Positions 37,178 to 49,626 of a DNA stretch of 64,000 bases are shown here, in pieces (position 1 is the first letter of the stretch; each line of letters begins with the position of its first letter). The position numbers were made by a program, and so were the translations under genes. The notes under the pieces were generated by a model. That model was not told the DNA's origin. It saw only the letters and a program-made list of their open reading frames with translations, and ran no database searches. The DNA is from Gekko japonicus. Its lineage: Eukaryota. The stretch is from contig NW_015166508.1 in assembly GCF_001447785.1 (NCBI RefSeq), positions 62,001 to 126,000 of the forward strand. Direction: 5' to 3'.

Positions 37178-37242
37178 CTGGCTACTGATGTTAACCATGG
37201 TTAGGCACTTTACTTAAGTAAGACTTGGAACTAGTGTTTGAA

Positions 37243-37672
37243 AGCCCCGGCCACACGGGGGGAAATGACGCGGCCAAAGTGCGGCTTTTTAGAGCCGCAC
37301 CAAGAGACACGTGGCAGCGGGATCAGACAGATCCCCTGAGCTGCCACACAGTTGCTCCCCGGCACGATCAGATGCTGGGGGGGGGAGCCACGGAAGGGAG
37401 AGCGAGGCAGTCAGCTGTGCATGTGTGCGCATGCGCAGTTCTGCCGGGAGCCTCGATTGCTCCTGAAGACTGGCACCGGCGATCCCACGGCCACGCTTGC
37501 TGCGGCGTTTCAGGTAGGTACTGCTCTTTTGTAGGTTCTTTTTTGATGTGTGTTATCGGCCTTCGGGGATGGGTGGGCGCCGCTTCCCAGATGTTGTGGT
37601 GTGATCACACCCGTTTGCTGCACCCCTGATCCGTCCCTCTTGCGGGGCTAAACCTCCCGTATGACCGGGGCC
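37243..37672 (-). mobile_element. PIF/Harbinger-type MITE, copy 4
   Basis: AGCCCCGGCCACACGG / CCGTATGACCGGGGCC; TSD GAA. Confidence 0.85.
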
Positions 37673-38672
37673 GAAGTTGACTAACATACACCAGTAACGG
37701 CAGAACATGGTTAGCCTCAGCCATGGTTAATATTGGTACCCATTAACTGTTGTTTAGGTAGGAGAGAGAGACTGAGGGGAGAGGCTGAAGAGAACACAGG
37801 GTTGTACAGCTGGCTCCCAATCCCTTAGCCAGCATTGAATCTGCACCAGCTTTTTAAAAAATGTGGTTCAACAATTCTCTCTGAGGAATGTGCTGCCCTA
37901 ATTTAGGCCAAGAAGTGTTAAACAAAGAGCAAAGTAAATACACCTAGAATAAGCGTTGATGAAAAGGCTAACCATAAAGTTATATAAGCTTGTGATCTGA
38001 AGCACATTCATTTAAAAGGATGTACCATTTCAATGAGCAGGGATGACTTAATGTTTTTAGGTTCAAGTTAATTACCTTGCCTTCATCACTGCTGTATCCG
38101 AGTACCACCCAGGCTTTTAAATAATTATGAATTCCTTCAGTCTTTCATCTCCTATTGTAACAGACAATGTCATATGAAGAGTCACAGGAAGATCCACCTT
38201 CTCTTAGCCCTGACTAAGCAGCTTAATTAGAGGAAGAAAACCATTGTCATGCATACAGGTAATGAATCTTCAACTCTCTACTACTACAATGAAGAACATT
38301 ATACACAGAATCCTTTGAGCTACAGATAGCCAACAGGATATTGTGACCTACTGCTCTGATTTTACCCATGCTTACTTAAAGTTTCACTAAATTCAACTGC
38401 ACCTACCACCACAGTATAAGTAAGCACACGACTATAGCCCTAGTGTAACTCTCAGTCTAACTTACCTCAGAGGGTTGTTATGAAAATAAAATTGAGGAGA
38501 AGAAAATGATGTAAACTGCTTTGGGTCCCCATTGGGAAGAAAGATGGGGTATAAATGTGGTACCTATCCTGACATACTTCAGTATGCTTTTAGGCAGCAA
38601 CAGACTCACAACAGTTTAAAGCTATCATCTCTTTTCCCCAAGGAACTTTGGAAACTCTGATAATTCCAGATG

Positions 38673-39023
38673 GGTAAAGTAAAGGTTTCCCTTGCTCGAA
38701 AGCCAGTCGAATCCGACTCTAGGGTTGCGGTGCTCATCTCTGTTTCCAAGCCGAAGAGCCAGCGCTGTCCGAAGACGTTTCCATGGTCATGTGGCCGGCA
38801 AGACTAAACACCAAACCGCACGGAATGCTGTTACCTTCCCACCGAAGCGGTACCTATTTATCTACTTGCAATTTCTTGCTTTTGAACTGCTAGGTTGGCA
38901 GGAGCTAGAACCAGAGATGGGAGCTCACTCCGTCATGCGGCACTCGGGTCTCGAACTGCTGAGCTACCGACCTTCCACAGCCTGCAGTTCTGCGTCTTAA
39001 CCACTTGAGCCACCAAAGCTCCC
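38673..39023 (-). mobile_element. Sauria SINE (Squam1)
   Basis: Reverse complement of 6555-6904; flanking duplication TCCAGATGGGTA / TCCAGATGAGTA. Confidence 0.9.
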
Positions 39024-39114
39024 TCCAGATGAGTAGCTTTGTTCATTTATTTCTTTATTTGCTTCAACTATAGCTTGCCTTTTTCACTGATACTTAAGGC
39101 AGATTACAAAACAG

Positions 39115-39305
39115 TTTTAGTCTGTTGCAGCAAAAATAAATAAGGGTCCTGTGGCACTTTAAAGACTAACAACATTTTATTCCCGTGAATGCTTCCCTTC
39201 CACTTTGTATCTGAAGAACAGATTATTCTAGTTTATACAGGTAGGAACCAAATTTTCTTACGTCTTCAAGGTGCCAAAAGGCGCCTATTTATTTTGGGAG
39301 CTGCA
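39115..39305. mobile_element. Degenerate PLE-derived palindromic element
   Basis: GTGGCACTTTAAAGACTAAC...GTATCTGAAGAA...TCTTCAAGGTGCCA, homologous to 3377-3556. Confidence 0.6.
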
Positions 39306-39944
39306 GTCCTGTAAGGGCACCTGGAGACCATACTCAGAACACAGAAAATTGCCAGGTTTCCTCAAGAGAAGCCATAACAATTAAACTGGTATAAAACTGA
39401 TTCTGTAATACAGAGCTGCTCTTTGATTCCTTATAGAACAGGTCCACATGTGCCACTGTAGCTCTTTTCCAGCTGTTCAAGTGCATGTGAGAAACAGAAA
39501 GCCAATACTTAAACACACTTGAACTGACTAATGCCCATACAGGCAGGCTGATTTACAATCACCGTATGTTATAATGGAAGACTTACCATACATCTCTAGC
39601 TTTTTAACTGCAACTCCTGCCCTGCCTTTTACACATTTTGCTGGTCAAAAGGTAAGCAGAAAGGAACTTGTGATTATTATTGCATCACAGCATATGATCA
39701 GTTTCCATAAAACGGTGGATTGCATTCCAAACTTCAGCACAAGAATACCCACAGCATCTTGTGACGGGGCTGATGACCTCTGTTCCAAGCAAATATATTT
39801 ATCATAAAAGTGAAATAGACCTTACTGCACCGGGAGGTGGTGTGAACAAGTAATTTGGAGAAAATAAAAGGGCCATGTGAACAAGTAATTCAAATATTTT
39901 CACTTTAAAGTAATAGAAAATATGCAGGGACATATTTATATATT

Positions 39945-40400
39945 TATTTCAATATTTATATGCTGATTTCTCCCAATGGGGTATCCCTTACATCATCCTT
40001 CATTTTCGCCTCACAACAACTACCTTGTAAGGTAGTTCAGCCTGAAAGAGAGTGACTGGCCCAAGGTCACCCCACAGGCTTCCGTGGCAGTGGGAATCTG
40101 GTCTCCCAGAACTCAGTCTGGCACTTTAACTGCTATACTAAACTGCCCCTCATATGCAGAGCCAACGCAGTGTAGGGGACAAAGTGTCAGACAAGTTTCA
40201 AATCCCCACTCTGCCGTGGAAGATTTTTGGGTAAATTTGGGCCAGTTACTCTCTCTCTCAGCCTAACCTACCTAACAGGGTTGTTGTGAGGATAAAATGA
40301 AGGACAGAAGAATACTGTAAGCCATTCTAGGTCTCCACTGGAGAAAAGTCACATATGAATGAAGTAAGTAAGTAAATAAATAAATAAATAAATAAATAAA
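39945..40400. mobile_element. Two old tRNA/CORE-type SINEs head to head (minus about 39945-40140; plus about 40160-40400)
   Basis: CCTCACAACAAC...GTGACTGGCCCAAGGTCAC vs CTAACCTACCTAACAGGGTTGTTGTGAGG; (TAAA)n tail. Confidence 0.7.
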
Positions 40401-42699
40401 ATGGGCCCTTATCATAGCAGCATGAAACGGTCCAAAAGGTACTTTCTGAAGTTTCTTGCTGTTCTCTATGAAGAAGGTCCTAAATTTTTTTCTTTTATAG
40501 TAATCAATGTTGACTTAGGCAAGAGTAAGTAGAACTAATTGTTCCACACACACCCCAGAAAGACTTCTTCAAAAGCCTAGAACACTCCATCTACTAAGGT
40601 CCTTTTCAGTTGGAGGCCATCAAACTAAATGCCACTCCCTGATTGCACCAAATATATTTGCCATCTCTCTAGAAATAGGAGCCCTACTGTTACTGTCAAG
40701 AACAGAGAGTGAATATACGGAAATTGCCAGAGGCAATGAAATGAATGAAATTAACACACTCTTTTGACAAGATGACACCTCTGACAACTTAATTGCTGTA
40801 TCCCAACCATAATTAACATAGTAAAGCACCCAGCATCTAAGAGCAGCTTGTCACTGTGGGGGAAAGGATGCAGCTAAACCTGACTGCAGGGAAAATCTGC
40901 ACACCTTTTTAAGCAGAAGGACCATTTTTTTTTATACAGGACACTAAAAAGCATATTTGTTTGGAACATATGAAAAGTACTTCTCAATACAATGTGTAAA
41001 TAAGTTATGGAATCTCTGTCACTAGCCCTAAACAGCCTGTGCCTGACATACCTATAGGAACACACTTTACCCCCTCCTCCATTCCTGTGTTCCACCATAA
41101 CATCTGTGCCCCAAATCAGGTCTGCAAGGTGCTCATTGAGATCTTCTCACTGGCAGGCCTTCAGCTGAGGAATTATCTTCCTCTGGAGACCTATGAAAAG
41201 CTTAACTTAAATAAAGTTTCAAAGGTTAGCCATGCTGGTCTGCAGAACAGCTAGATAGATACAGTGAAGATCTAGACGGATTTCAGAAAAAGGGGCCAAC
41301 CATTTTCCAGAGGGAATTAACTATAATGGCACCTTGGTGTTCAGAAGAGGCATCTCTCTGATACCCTGATGCTGGGACCAAAAAGCAGCAGATATTCTCT
41401 CAACTATTCCCTCTGGGTGAGCTTCTCAAGGGTGTCTAGCTGGCCACTGTTGGAAATTGCATGCTGGCTTCTACTCTCATTGAGAAAGGCCATTCTTACA
41501 TTTTGCACGTGCCTCTCAGGCACTATCCATACCATATATGAATAAAGTTAATGCAGGCTAGAAGGTGGAAGAGAAATCAAATGGCCATTTGAGCCAATCA
41601 AAGTTTTGCATTTATATTCTAATTCAACTGAAGCACAGGCTGTATCATGTGTGAAAGGACAGCCAAGACAGAAACAACAGACATCATTAAGCAGAGGTAA
41701 CACCCCCTTTCTATTTAACATGTCCTCCTGTCAAATTAATGTCCACCTCAACATGATGCGGGGGGGGGGATGTCAACTGATTTAACAGAATAAATCTGTG
41801 ACTTCTGCACGGGCAGACCCCCAAGCCCATCTTGCAAGGTCCAGAACTGGTGCTTCTACTCAGGGTTTGTCCTCGCATTTAAGACCACAGCTGTTAGCTA
41901 TACAGTCACTCAGGATTCAAAAAGACATTTAAAATAGTCCGTCTAGAAATGTAGGGGTTTTTTTAAAAAAAAAATAATGCTGCCAAGAGTACAGATTTTT
42001 TTAAAAATCCAATAAATCACTCCAGAAACAGCCATAATTTATATCTGCATGGCACGTCTGTTGAACCAGAAGTTGAAACAGCAGAATGCCCCACTCCCTA
42101 TTAGAAGCCTCAATTCAGCAGACAAGACTACCAAATCTGAGCAAAGGGTATCTTTCTCCTGCCTCCTTCCATGTTCTCCAAAGACACCGAATCACAACCT
42201 AAAGACCTGTGCTCAGCGGAGCTCCACATGATGGAATCTGACTCATCCCAGCAAGGTTAAAATGTACAGAACATAATCAAGACACACTGGGTGGCTTTAT
42301 CCTGTGACCTGTTACTGCCCCGTGTAAACAGAAAGGAAGAACGGGGACATTAGGCACTGTCAGTGGAACACAAATGAATCAGATAAAGGCACCCATCCCC
42401 TGATGAGCCACAGACCCTGGGTTCCCCGTCAAACCCACCATTCTACTGCATAGCATTTCTACAAGGGACAGGAAAATGTGAGAGAAGGTGAGTTGCGATT
42501 TTTCTGCCTATTAAAAAAAAAAAATCGGATCTTTCTCCTCCTTCCTCACCCCCCTACCGAAGGTTTCCGATTTGCATGAGAATCTGGTCATAGATGTGGC
42601 CACGTTTTAGCGTGACTTGGGTATCAGTTACCTAGGCTGAACTGCTGCCTACTCGCTGTCTCCCTCCCAGTTGCACCCGTGTCCTTTTACTGCTATAAT

Positions 42700-43620
42700 T
42701 CCTCCTCCCGCGAACCCTGCACCGTCTCCCGTTATACCCGATTCCGGCATTCGCCGACATTGTACACAAAAGCTGAGCGTCGGAGCCATCCGACAGCGCT
42801 GGGCGGCTCCCCGTGCCGATCCCGTTCCCCATGCATGCGCCAAGGGAAAAGGGAGGGGAGTCAAAGCCGAGATCCTACCAGGCAGGGGGCAGCACCTCTC
42901 ATCGCGCCCCGGCCACAAGCGGCCAGACCCTCCTACGGCCAATCCAACCAGCATTTGGCTTTGCAGCCATCGCCCGTCTCTCTGCCGGCCTCGACCGATC
43001 GCGAGCGGCGCAGCAGATTCGGGGCGGGAGGGCAGAAAAGCGCCTTGCAGTGTAACGCAGCTGCCTTGCACCGTGTAACGCAGCTGCCTTGCGTGCGGGT
43101 GCAGCAGCAGGGACTTACGGGTTCCGCCAAGGCTCGGGTCTGGCGCGCGGCTCGCTCGACTCGTGCTGCTGCTGCTGCTGCTGCACCCGCACGCGCCGCC
43201 TTCTGAAAAGCTGCCCGGCCCTGGCGGCTGCGGCACTCCAGCAGGGAGGGGACCGAGGCGGGGAAGGAGGGAGGGGAGCAGCAGCTGTTTGGGGCGCAGA
43301 GGAGGCGCCTCTCCCGTGACTCAGAGGCGGCCGCCCGCCCGCGGAAGCACCTGTACCCGCCTGTCACCCCGTAGCGCCCGCCCTCCCCGCCGGCCTCCCC
43401 CCCCTTCCCTGCGTCGCCCCCTGACGGAGAAAAGGCTGCCCCGCTTCCTCGAGGAAGGGGAGGAGGAGAAGCGCGCAGGCCGGCGACCGCTGGCTTTTCC
43501 GGAGGCGGCAGCCAAACGAGAAGAGAAGAAAAGAAAGTCGTGAAAGGAGGGAGGGAAAGCGAAACGCCCAGCCGGCTGCTCCAGGAGTCCTCTCTGGCCA
43601 GACAGCACTGCCGCTGCTTT
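42700..43620. promoter_or_regulatory. CpG island, probable promoter
   Basis: About 900 bp of GC- and CpG-rich sequence with no TIR, TSD or repeat similarity; GC boxes, CCAAT at 42939, TGACTCA at 43317-43323, CGGAAG, CTCF-like GTCGCCCCCTGACGG at 43413-43427; splice donors on both strands. Confidence 0.85.
43164..43184. repeat. (TGC)7 / (CAG)n trinucleotide repeat
   Basis: Direct inspection. Confidence 0.95.
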
Positions 43621-43996
43621 CAGCGTCAATAATGTAAGCTTCAGCTGTTAGATGACTCTGATCTATCTGACAGTTGTCATGTGATTGTCATGTGGTGCAG
43701 TACCAGACTTATCCAGTTTGTACATGTCTGGGCAAGGACTAAGTCACCATGACTAAGCACATTGCTGATTGGCTGTGCTATGTATATATGTACAGTGTGC
43801 TTATGGGGGGGTTTGGATCTGGAGGGCACGGCTCGCACAGCGCCGCGCCCGCAGACGGGCATGGTGGCCCAATGAGTGCAGGATCCGGGAGAGACGTTGT
43901 TGAGTGAGTAGTTTATCCAGAGGGGCCCGATAAGGTTTATCCAGAGGAGCCCAGAGCTTCTGCCTGCACAGATTCCACCCTGATTGTACTTGGAAC

Positions 43997-44204
43997 CAAT
44001 GTTCCCTCTAAGCTGAGTTAGTGTGAGCTGGCTCACAGGTTTTTAGCCTCCGGCTCACACATTTTTGTCTTGGCTCAGGAAGGATGGGGCTCCAGAGCAA
44101 ACTAATGTATGCAACAGCCAAATCGCTCGCTCACAACTTTAATGCCAGTAGCTCACAAGGTAGAATTTTTGCTCACCAGACTCCAGAGCTTCGAGGGAGC
44201 ATTG
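43997..44204. mobile_element. hAT MITE family A, copy 3
   Basis: Same TIRs; TSD CTTGGAAC. Confidence 0.9.
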
Positions 44205-44594
44205 CTTGGAACCGGATAGTTAACGCTTATTGCAGCCAGTATTGGACGTTACTTGATGGCTGGCAGACAAACGCATTTATTGCTTTACAGTTGAAAACTT
44301 TAATTAATCATTGCCCGCAGTGGAGATGGTCGACCTTGCTTGGCTTCCAGGCTCTTGCTTGATCGGGCTAGTCGGGGCGATTCAGACGGCTTAGGACAAC
44401 TTTAGGGGATTTGATGCCTGAGGCCTGGTGAGTTCCAGGCAATCAAGACATGCTACCAAGCCCAAAGCACTCACATGTCCAATGCTGAAGCAAAATGTCT
44501 CATTTTAAAACAGATCAGTTTTCACATTAAGAGCCCACATCTTTCGGCCGGGGCAATGTATACTGCCTTCTGGTGTGAAAGCATTACATTATAA

Positions 44595-45055
44595 CAGGGG
44601 TCGTTTCGTAGAAAAAGAGCTAGTGGAACTCATTAGCATAACTCATTAGCATATGCCACACCCCCTGACACCACCGGAAGTGTGTCATAAGGCCACACCC
44701 CCTGACATCACCGGAAGTGTGTCATAAGGCCACACACCCCACCCCCAACGGTCCCGGCCGCCGCTGGCCTTGCAGCTCCACTGCCGAGCCCCATGAGGGG
44801 CCCAGCGGTGGACCTGCAAGGCCGGCGGGAGTGCAAGGAAGCCCCGCGAAGGCCCTCCCTGGCCCCAGGCAGGCGGGGGGGTAGAGGCAGGGAGGAAGCA
44901 ACTTACCCTCCCTCTTCTCCTGCGTCCTCCTGGCTGAATGAGGGCCGGAAGTGGGGTGGCCGCAAGCAGGGGGCGGGGCTTCGTCATGTGCCCCGCCCCC
45001 CGTACCTCACCCGGGGAACTGCGATCCCCCGCGATCCCCCCCAAAATGACCTCTG
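44595..45055 (+). mobile_element. hAT non-autonomous element, same termini as 36526-36940
   Basis: CAGGGGTCGTTT...AAATGACCTCTG; perfect TSD CATTATAA; internal tandem duplication of about 38 bp containing CCGGAAGTG. Confidence 0.9.
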
Positions 45056-45106
45056 CATTATAATATATTAAATATATAGGGTGTTGGGCAGCCTAAACCT
45101 AAGACC

Positions 45107-45328
45107 TCCCCCCCTGAGCTAGTTTGGTGTAGCGGTTAAGAGCAGCAGACTAATCTGGAGAACCAGGTTTGATTCCCCACTCTTCCACCTGGAGCTCTCT
45201 TTCAGGGCTCTCTCAGACCCCGAAATAAGTCTAGCTCACCACAAAAGAGCTAGAATTTAAGGCTGGCTGACAATCTTCAGATCTCCTGGCTATACTACAC
45301 ATAATGCCATACGATAATTGTTATTATT
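45107..45328 (+). mobile_element. Chimeric retroposon: Squam3-type tRNA head plus the same tail module as 22546-22672
   Basis: Head TTTGGTGTAGCGGTTAAGAGC...GGTTTGATTCCCCAC; tail from 45227 (AAGTCTAGCTCACCA...GCCATACG); 10-bp TSD ACCTAAGACC at 45097-45106 and 45329-45338. Confidence 0.8.
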
Positions 45329-45889
45329 ACCTAAGACCCCAGCACTGGTGCATTGTCGGTGTAGTGCCATACCAGTGTTGCTATTTTGGCATTCCGTGCT
45401 TGTTTTGCACAGCAGACATGTGGAAAAAAAATGCCTCTCCAAGGTGCGGAGAGATAGTGATTTCACCAGAGTCCATAGTAACTCCACTGATATTGATTAA
45501 TCACCGTGTAACATGGTGCCAGACCAGTGCCCTCATGATTTGCAGACACATGGGTTCTAGTTTCAGGTTGTGTGGGCCTCAAAGCAAGAAGAATGCAGAG
45601 ATTGAGGTAGCAATGAGGGGACTCGGAGTGGCACCTTCACAAATTGCATTCCTGTCAATGTCCCAATAGTTCCCTGGGGAAAGGAATAGGAGGCATGGGC
45701 TTGAGTCACACTAACAGGTGTGTTGGCAGGAAAGCAAAGCTCACTTTTTGCCCAGCAGCAGTAAAATACCACCAACTGTAACCATTGATTCAACTGGTCT
45801 CACATGAACAAGACATAGCATAGGGCATCCCCCAGTAACCCTGCTATTGACACCAGCCATATAGAGAGGAGATGGAAAGACTGCAGAGA

Positions 45890-46190
45890 AAGAAGAAGAG
45901 AAGAGGAGATTGGATTTATATCCCGCCCTTCACTACTCAAAAGTGTCTCAGAGCGGCTTACAAACTCCTTTCCCTTCCCCTCCCTACAACAGACACCCTG
46001 TGAGGTAGGTGGGGCTGGGAGAGCTCTGACAGAAACTGCTCTTTTTCAAGAACAGCTGTGCCAGAACTATGGCTTGCCCAAGGTTATCCAGCCTTGGTGC
46101 ATCCAGCCAGGTGCAAGTGGAGGAGTGGGGAATCAAAACCCGGTTCTCCCAGATTAGAGTCTGCACACTTTAACCACTACACCAAACTGG
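45890..46190 (-). mobile_element. Squam3-type tRNA SINE, full length
   Basis: Pol III boxes at about 46190-46125; (CTT)n tail. Confidence 0.85.
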
Positions 46191-46561
46191 CATAGCATAG
46201 TGGAAAGGCACAGGTGAATTGTACTCAAGGCCACTGGTTCAAATCCCAGATAGGGATAGCTCTAATGCAGTCTGGACAGAGTCCCAAGAAAGCTGATGTT
46301 TTGTCTCCTCAAACAGAATAATGTTGAATGGGCTGCAGTTGCTGATTGGCTGTCCTGTGTGGCCATCATTTTGGCTGGCAAGCCCCATGAATCATCTCTG
46401 TGCTGCAGTCAGCACCCCACTCTCCCATGCATGCCACCTGCCTTATCAGACTCCAGCAGTGATCTGGGAAGGTGTGTTGTCTTCAAACCTTTCATCTGCC
46501 CTTTCCTCTGCACACATTGGACCACCCTCTCAGCTTCCTCAGTGTAAGCTGTATACTGAAT

Positions 46562-46720
46562 GTATTTATTTTTATTTATTATTAAATTTATATCCCGCCC
46601 TCGACCGCCGTGGCGGGCTCAGGGCGACTGACATACATATAAATATATACATTAAAACTCCAAATATACTAAAACAAAATTAAGTTAAAGTTAAGTTAGG
46701 TTAAAATTACGATATAAGTG
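46562..46720 (-). mobile_element. Short L2 3' terminal fragment
   Basis: Matches the 3' end of the L2 at 11135-11290. Confidence 0.65.
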
Positions 46721-47963
46721 ATCAGTAAGCAGGGGATAGGAACATACCCTTATCTATCAAATCCCAATCAATCTGAGGCACAACTGTACAGCAATCCACA
46801 CATTTGTTAATAACATCAGGACTGTAATATTGAAAGCAAATCAGATTAATGGGATTGTAATTTAACACTCCTGTTTCAGCAAGACTCCTGTGTTCTTGCA
46901 AGCTGTACTGGTGGATCACAGAATAAGGCCCTCCCTGGGCCTTGAGCAGAGCTGTCCGAATCACCATATGCCTATAAGAGGAACAACTGTGCCACAATTG
47001 GTTTATTAAGCAGTTTGCAGCAGGAGGGAGGCTAGAACAAGAGCTGGCAAACTCTCAGTAGAGTAGTCCGATGCATACTCGTCACAGTTGCTGTTGGTCG
47101 TGGTATAGACTCATTGTGGTATAAATTGACACTGTGGGAAATGAGATCCTTCCTGGATTCTTCCCCCACTAGATGGCTTCCTGCAAAGAGACCAAAGAGA
47201 CACACGTTTCATAGATGTTTCATTGTCATAGCAAAGAGCAAGTGTGCTCCAAAGGTCTGCATGAGATGCTCTGGAGTGGTGCACAGCACCCCCCCCCCCG
47301 AGGGTTCCCACAGGTTAGGTTGCCCCTGTTGGGGAATACAGTGAACCACTGAGCCAGTACCTGTCCTTTGTAGTTAGTTGTGGTGGAACTATTCCTGTTT
47401 GGGTTGCTCCATGAGGCTCTGATCCTGCAAGGCAATAGGCACCAAAGGTGGTTTGGTCAGCAGTAGCATAGATTGGAGTGGCTGTCAACCACTACAGGTT
47501 GCAGTTGTATTTGCTCTGCCCCTCGTTTGCAGGGGAGGGAGTTACACTGGCATGCTGTCGTGCTGACAGTCCAGTAACATAGGCCAGTGTATCTGCCAAT
47601 AAGGTGTATTGTGCTGGTGTTTGGCCACACCCAAGGTGAAGGGTCTTAGAAAGCCAGCTGTCTTACTCTACCCATGGTGTGCCCCTGATAGTATGGGAGT
47701 TACATTGGAAATTGTGACAGCAGTTCTTGCTGCCAACTTATTACCAGGCTTATTTATTTATTATTAAAATGTTTGTATCCTGCCTTTCCTCTTGGTTCAA
47801 GGTGGCTTATAATAATAGTTAAAACATCTCCAGCTGAAACCAAGGATAAAATAACAAGCCCCAAATCTTGTCCCCTGTCCCCAATTTCTGAGATACACTC
47901 ACGTAGGGCTTAGTCACCATCCTAAACTCTTTTGAGACAGGACATCATAAACCTTTTTGAGGC

Positions 47964-48658
47964 CGGAGAGCCAGCTTGGTGTAGTGGTTAAGAGTGGTGG
48001 ACTCTAATCTGGAGAACCAGGTTTGATTTTGCACTCCTCCACATGTGGCCAGCTGGGTGATTTTGGGTCAGTCACAGTTCTCTCTCAAAGCTCACTCAGC
48101 CCCACTTACCTCACAAGAATTTGACCCACAGTTGCACGATCACACCTCCCTTTGAAGCTGCGGGCGCAGTCTGTCAGTTTGTGATCCGACACAACTGCAA
48201 GTGAGTTGTTTTTTGTGTGTGCTGGTTTTTCCCCATGTGCTTAAACAAGGGATTGATGAATCGCACTTCCGCACCGAGGGCTTCCTATGGTGCTTGTGAT
48301 GATGTGCATACTGGGAAGGGGGGGAAAAACAATGGCATGGAGTCCGGATGGCTTGATCAGAGCATCCCGATGCCATTACAGCATGCTGGAGCGATCAGAC
48401 ATGGGAAAGTCCATCTGTGGCCAGTCACAACCCATTTACACTACCGGATTTTCCCCGGTGTCTTTTAACTCCGCTTCTGTGGTGAAGCAGAATGGGTTTC
48501 CGACAGCTGCGGGACGCTTCCCAGATGTTGTCTTATTGCGCCCTTTAAATCCACCCGGCATTCGCACCTATGTCGGGTCTAATTGTGCGTATGATCGCAG
48601 CCTGAGACTCCTTTGAGTAGTGAAGAGCGGGGTATAAAACCAACTCTTCTTCTTCTTC
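47964..48658 (+). mobile_element. Squam3-type SINE interrupted by a Harbinger-like element (about 48125-48602)
   Basis: SINE head 47964-48116 and tail 48603-48658 with (CTT)n; the insert ends GCGTATGATCGCAGCC and carries CGCTTCCCAGATGTTG. Confidence 0.7.
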
Positions 48659-49626
48659 AAGGTTGCATGTAAGCTTTATGTTTTGGATAATCAGCTCATC
48701 AAAGAACAAAAAACAATCAGTGCTAATTGGCAGTGTTAAAATATTTTGTATTTAATGGAGCAGCATCCATGCTGCTGCATTCACGGGGTAAGGCAGTTAA
48801 TCAGGGTTTTGATACACTCAGTTTTATAAACACTCGTGTCCATATGGAGTTCTCTACGCTACTTTAAAATGCCAAACAAAAGAAACATTCTGTCTATTTA
48901 ATGGGAGTAACAATGTATTGTTGAAAAGAATCTTAAAGAAGAATGAAAACAATTATTGGCAAAGGAGCAGGTTATGGGATAGGAAATCCATAAATGCTGT
49001 TAGAAATGTTTCTGAGTATCATGAACATTTCTAAACCTAGAATAGTTCCATTGATCCCAATGACATCTTCTCAGAGGTTTCTGTTGGCAGTCACCTGGAC
49101 TTAGCAGTACATTTAAGTTCTGACAATTTTATTGAAGGCTCATTTTTCAAAATATGTTACATTTGGCACTGACAGACTCTAGTACCAAATGTGAATGGAC
49201 TGAAGTTACGAAATATGTTACAGATCTCACTTAAACCGAGACTTTTTTGATAAATATTTTCACATAATAGTAAATGCCAAAACTCAGAATGAACAACTGA
49301 TTATAAAAAAACAATATGCCACATCCCATTAATATGAACTATAGCTAGATATATCTAAAATTCTGTTAAAACAGGTAAAACAGAGCCAGTGCTACAATAC
49401 TTAGCTATCAAAAACACAAAGTCCAAGTGTCTCTCACAAATTTTCAGGCTAGGGCTTTGGTGAGTGTCAGTATGTGTATTGGACCAAAAATACTTCCCTA
49501 CATTCATACATCTTGACTTCAAGCACAGATGATTTCATTAAGAAGAAATGCTTCTGAATGCAACTTGATGTGATGTAGGAGAGGAAGCTGTCTCTCAGGT
49601 TTGCTATATGTGTGTGTGTGTTAGAT

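Larger units (their letters stand above)
32840..43500 (-). ncRNA. Putative spliced non-coding (or long-UTR) transcript from the CpG island
   Basis: Candidate exons: first exon ending 43119 (CCC|GTAAGT) or 42632 (TAG|GTAACT); 39779-39587 (ATG|GTAAGT); 38151-38076 (AAG|GTAATT); terminal exon from 34713 (TTTGTTTTTAG|) to ATTAAA at 32860-32855; no long ORF. Confidence 0.35.

Noticed and set aside
42632-43629. Many overlapping ORFs of 66-195 aa in the CpG island
   Set aside because: Expected from stop-codon scarcity in GC-rich DNA; low-complexity products with no recognisable domain.
46856-47704. Possible solo LTR (TGTAA...TTACA)
   Set aside because: No matching TSD and an ambiguous left end.
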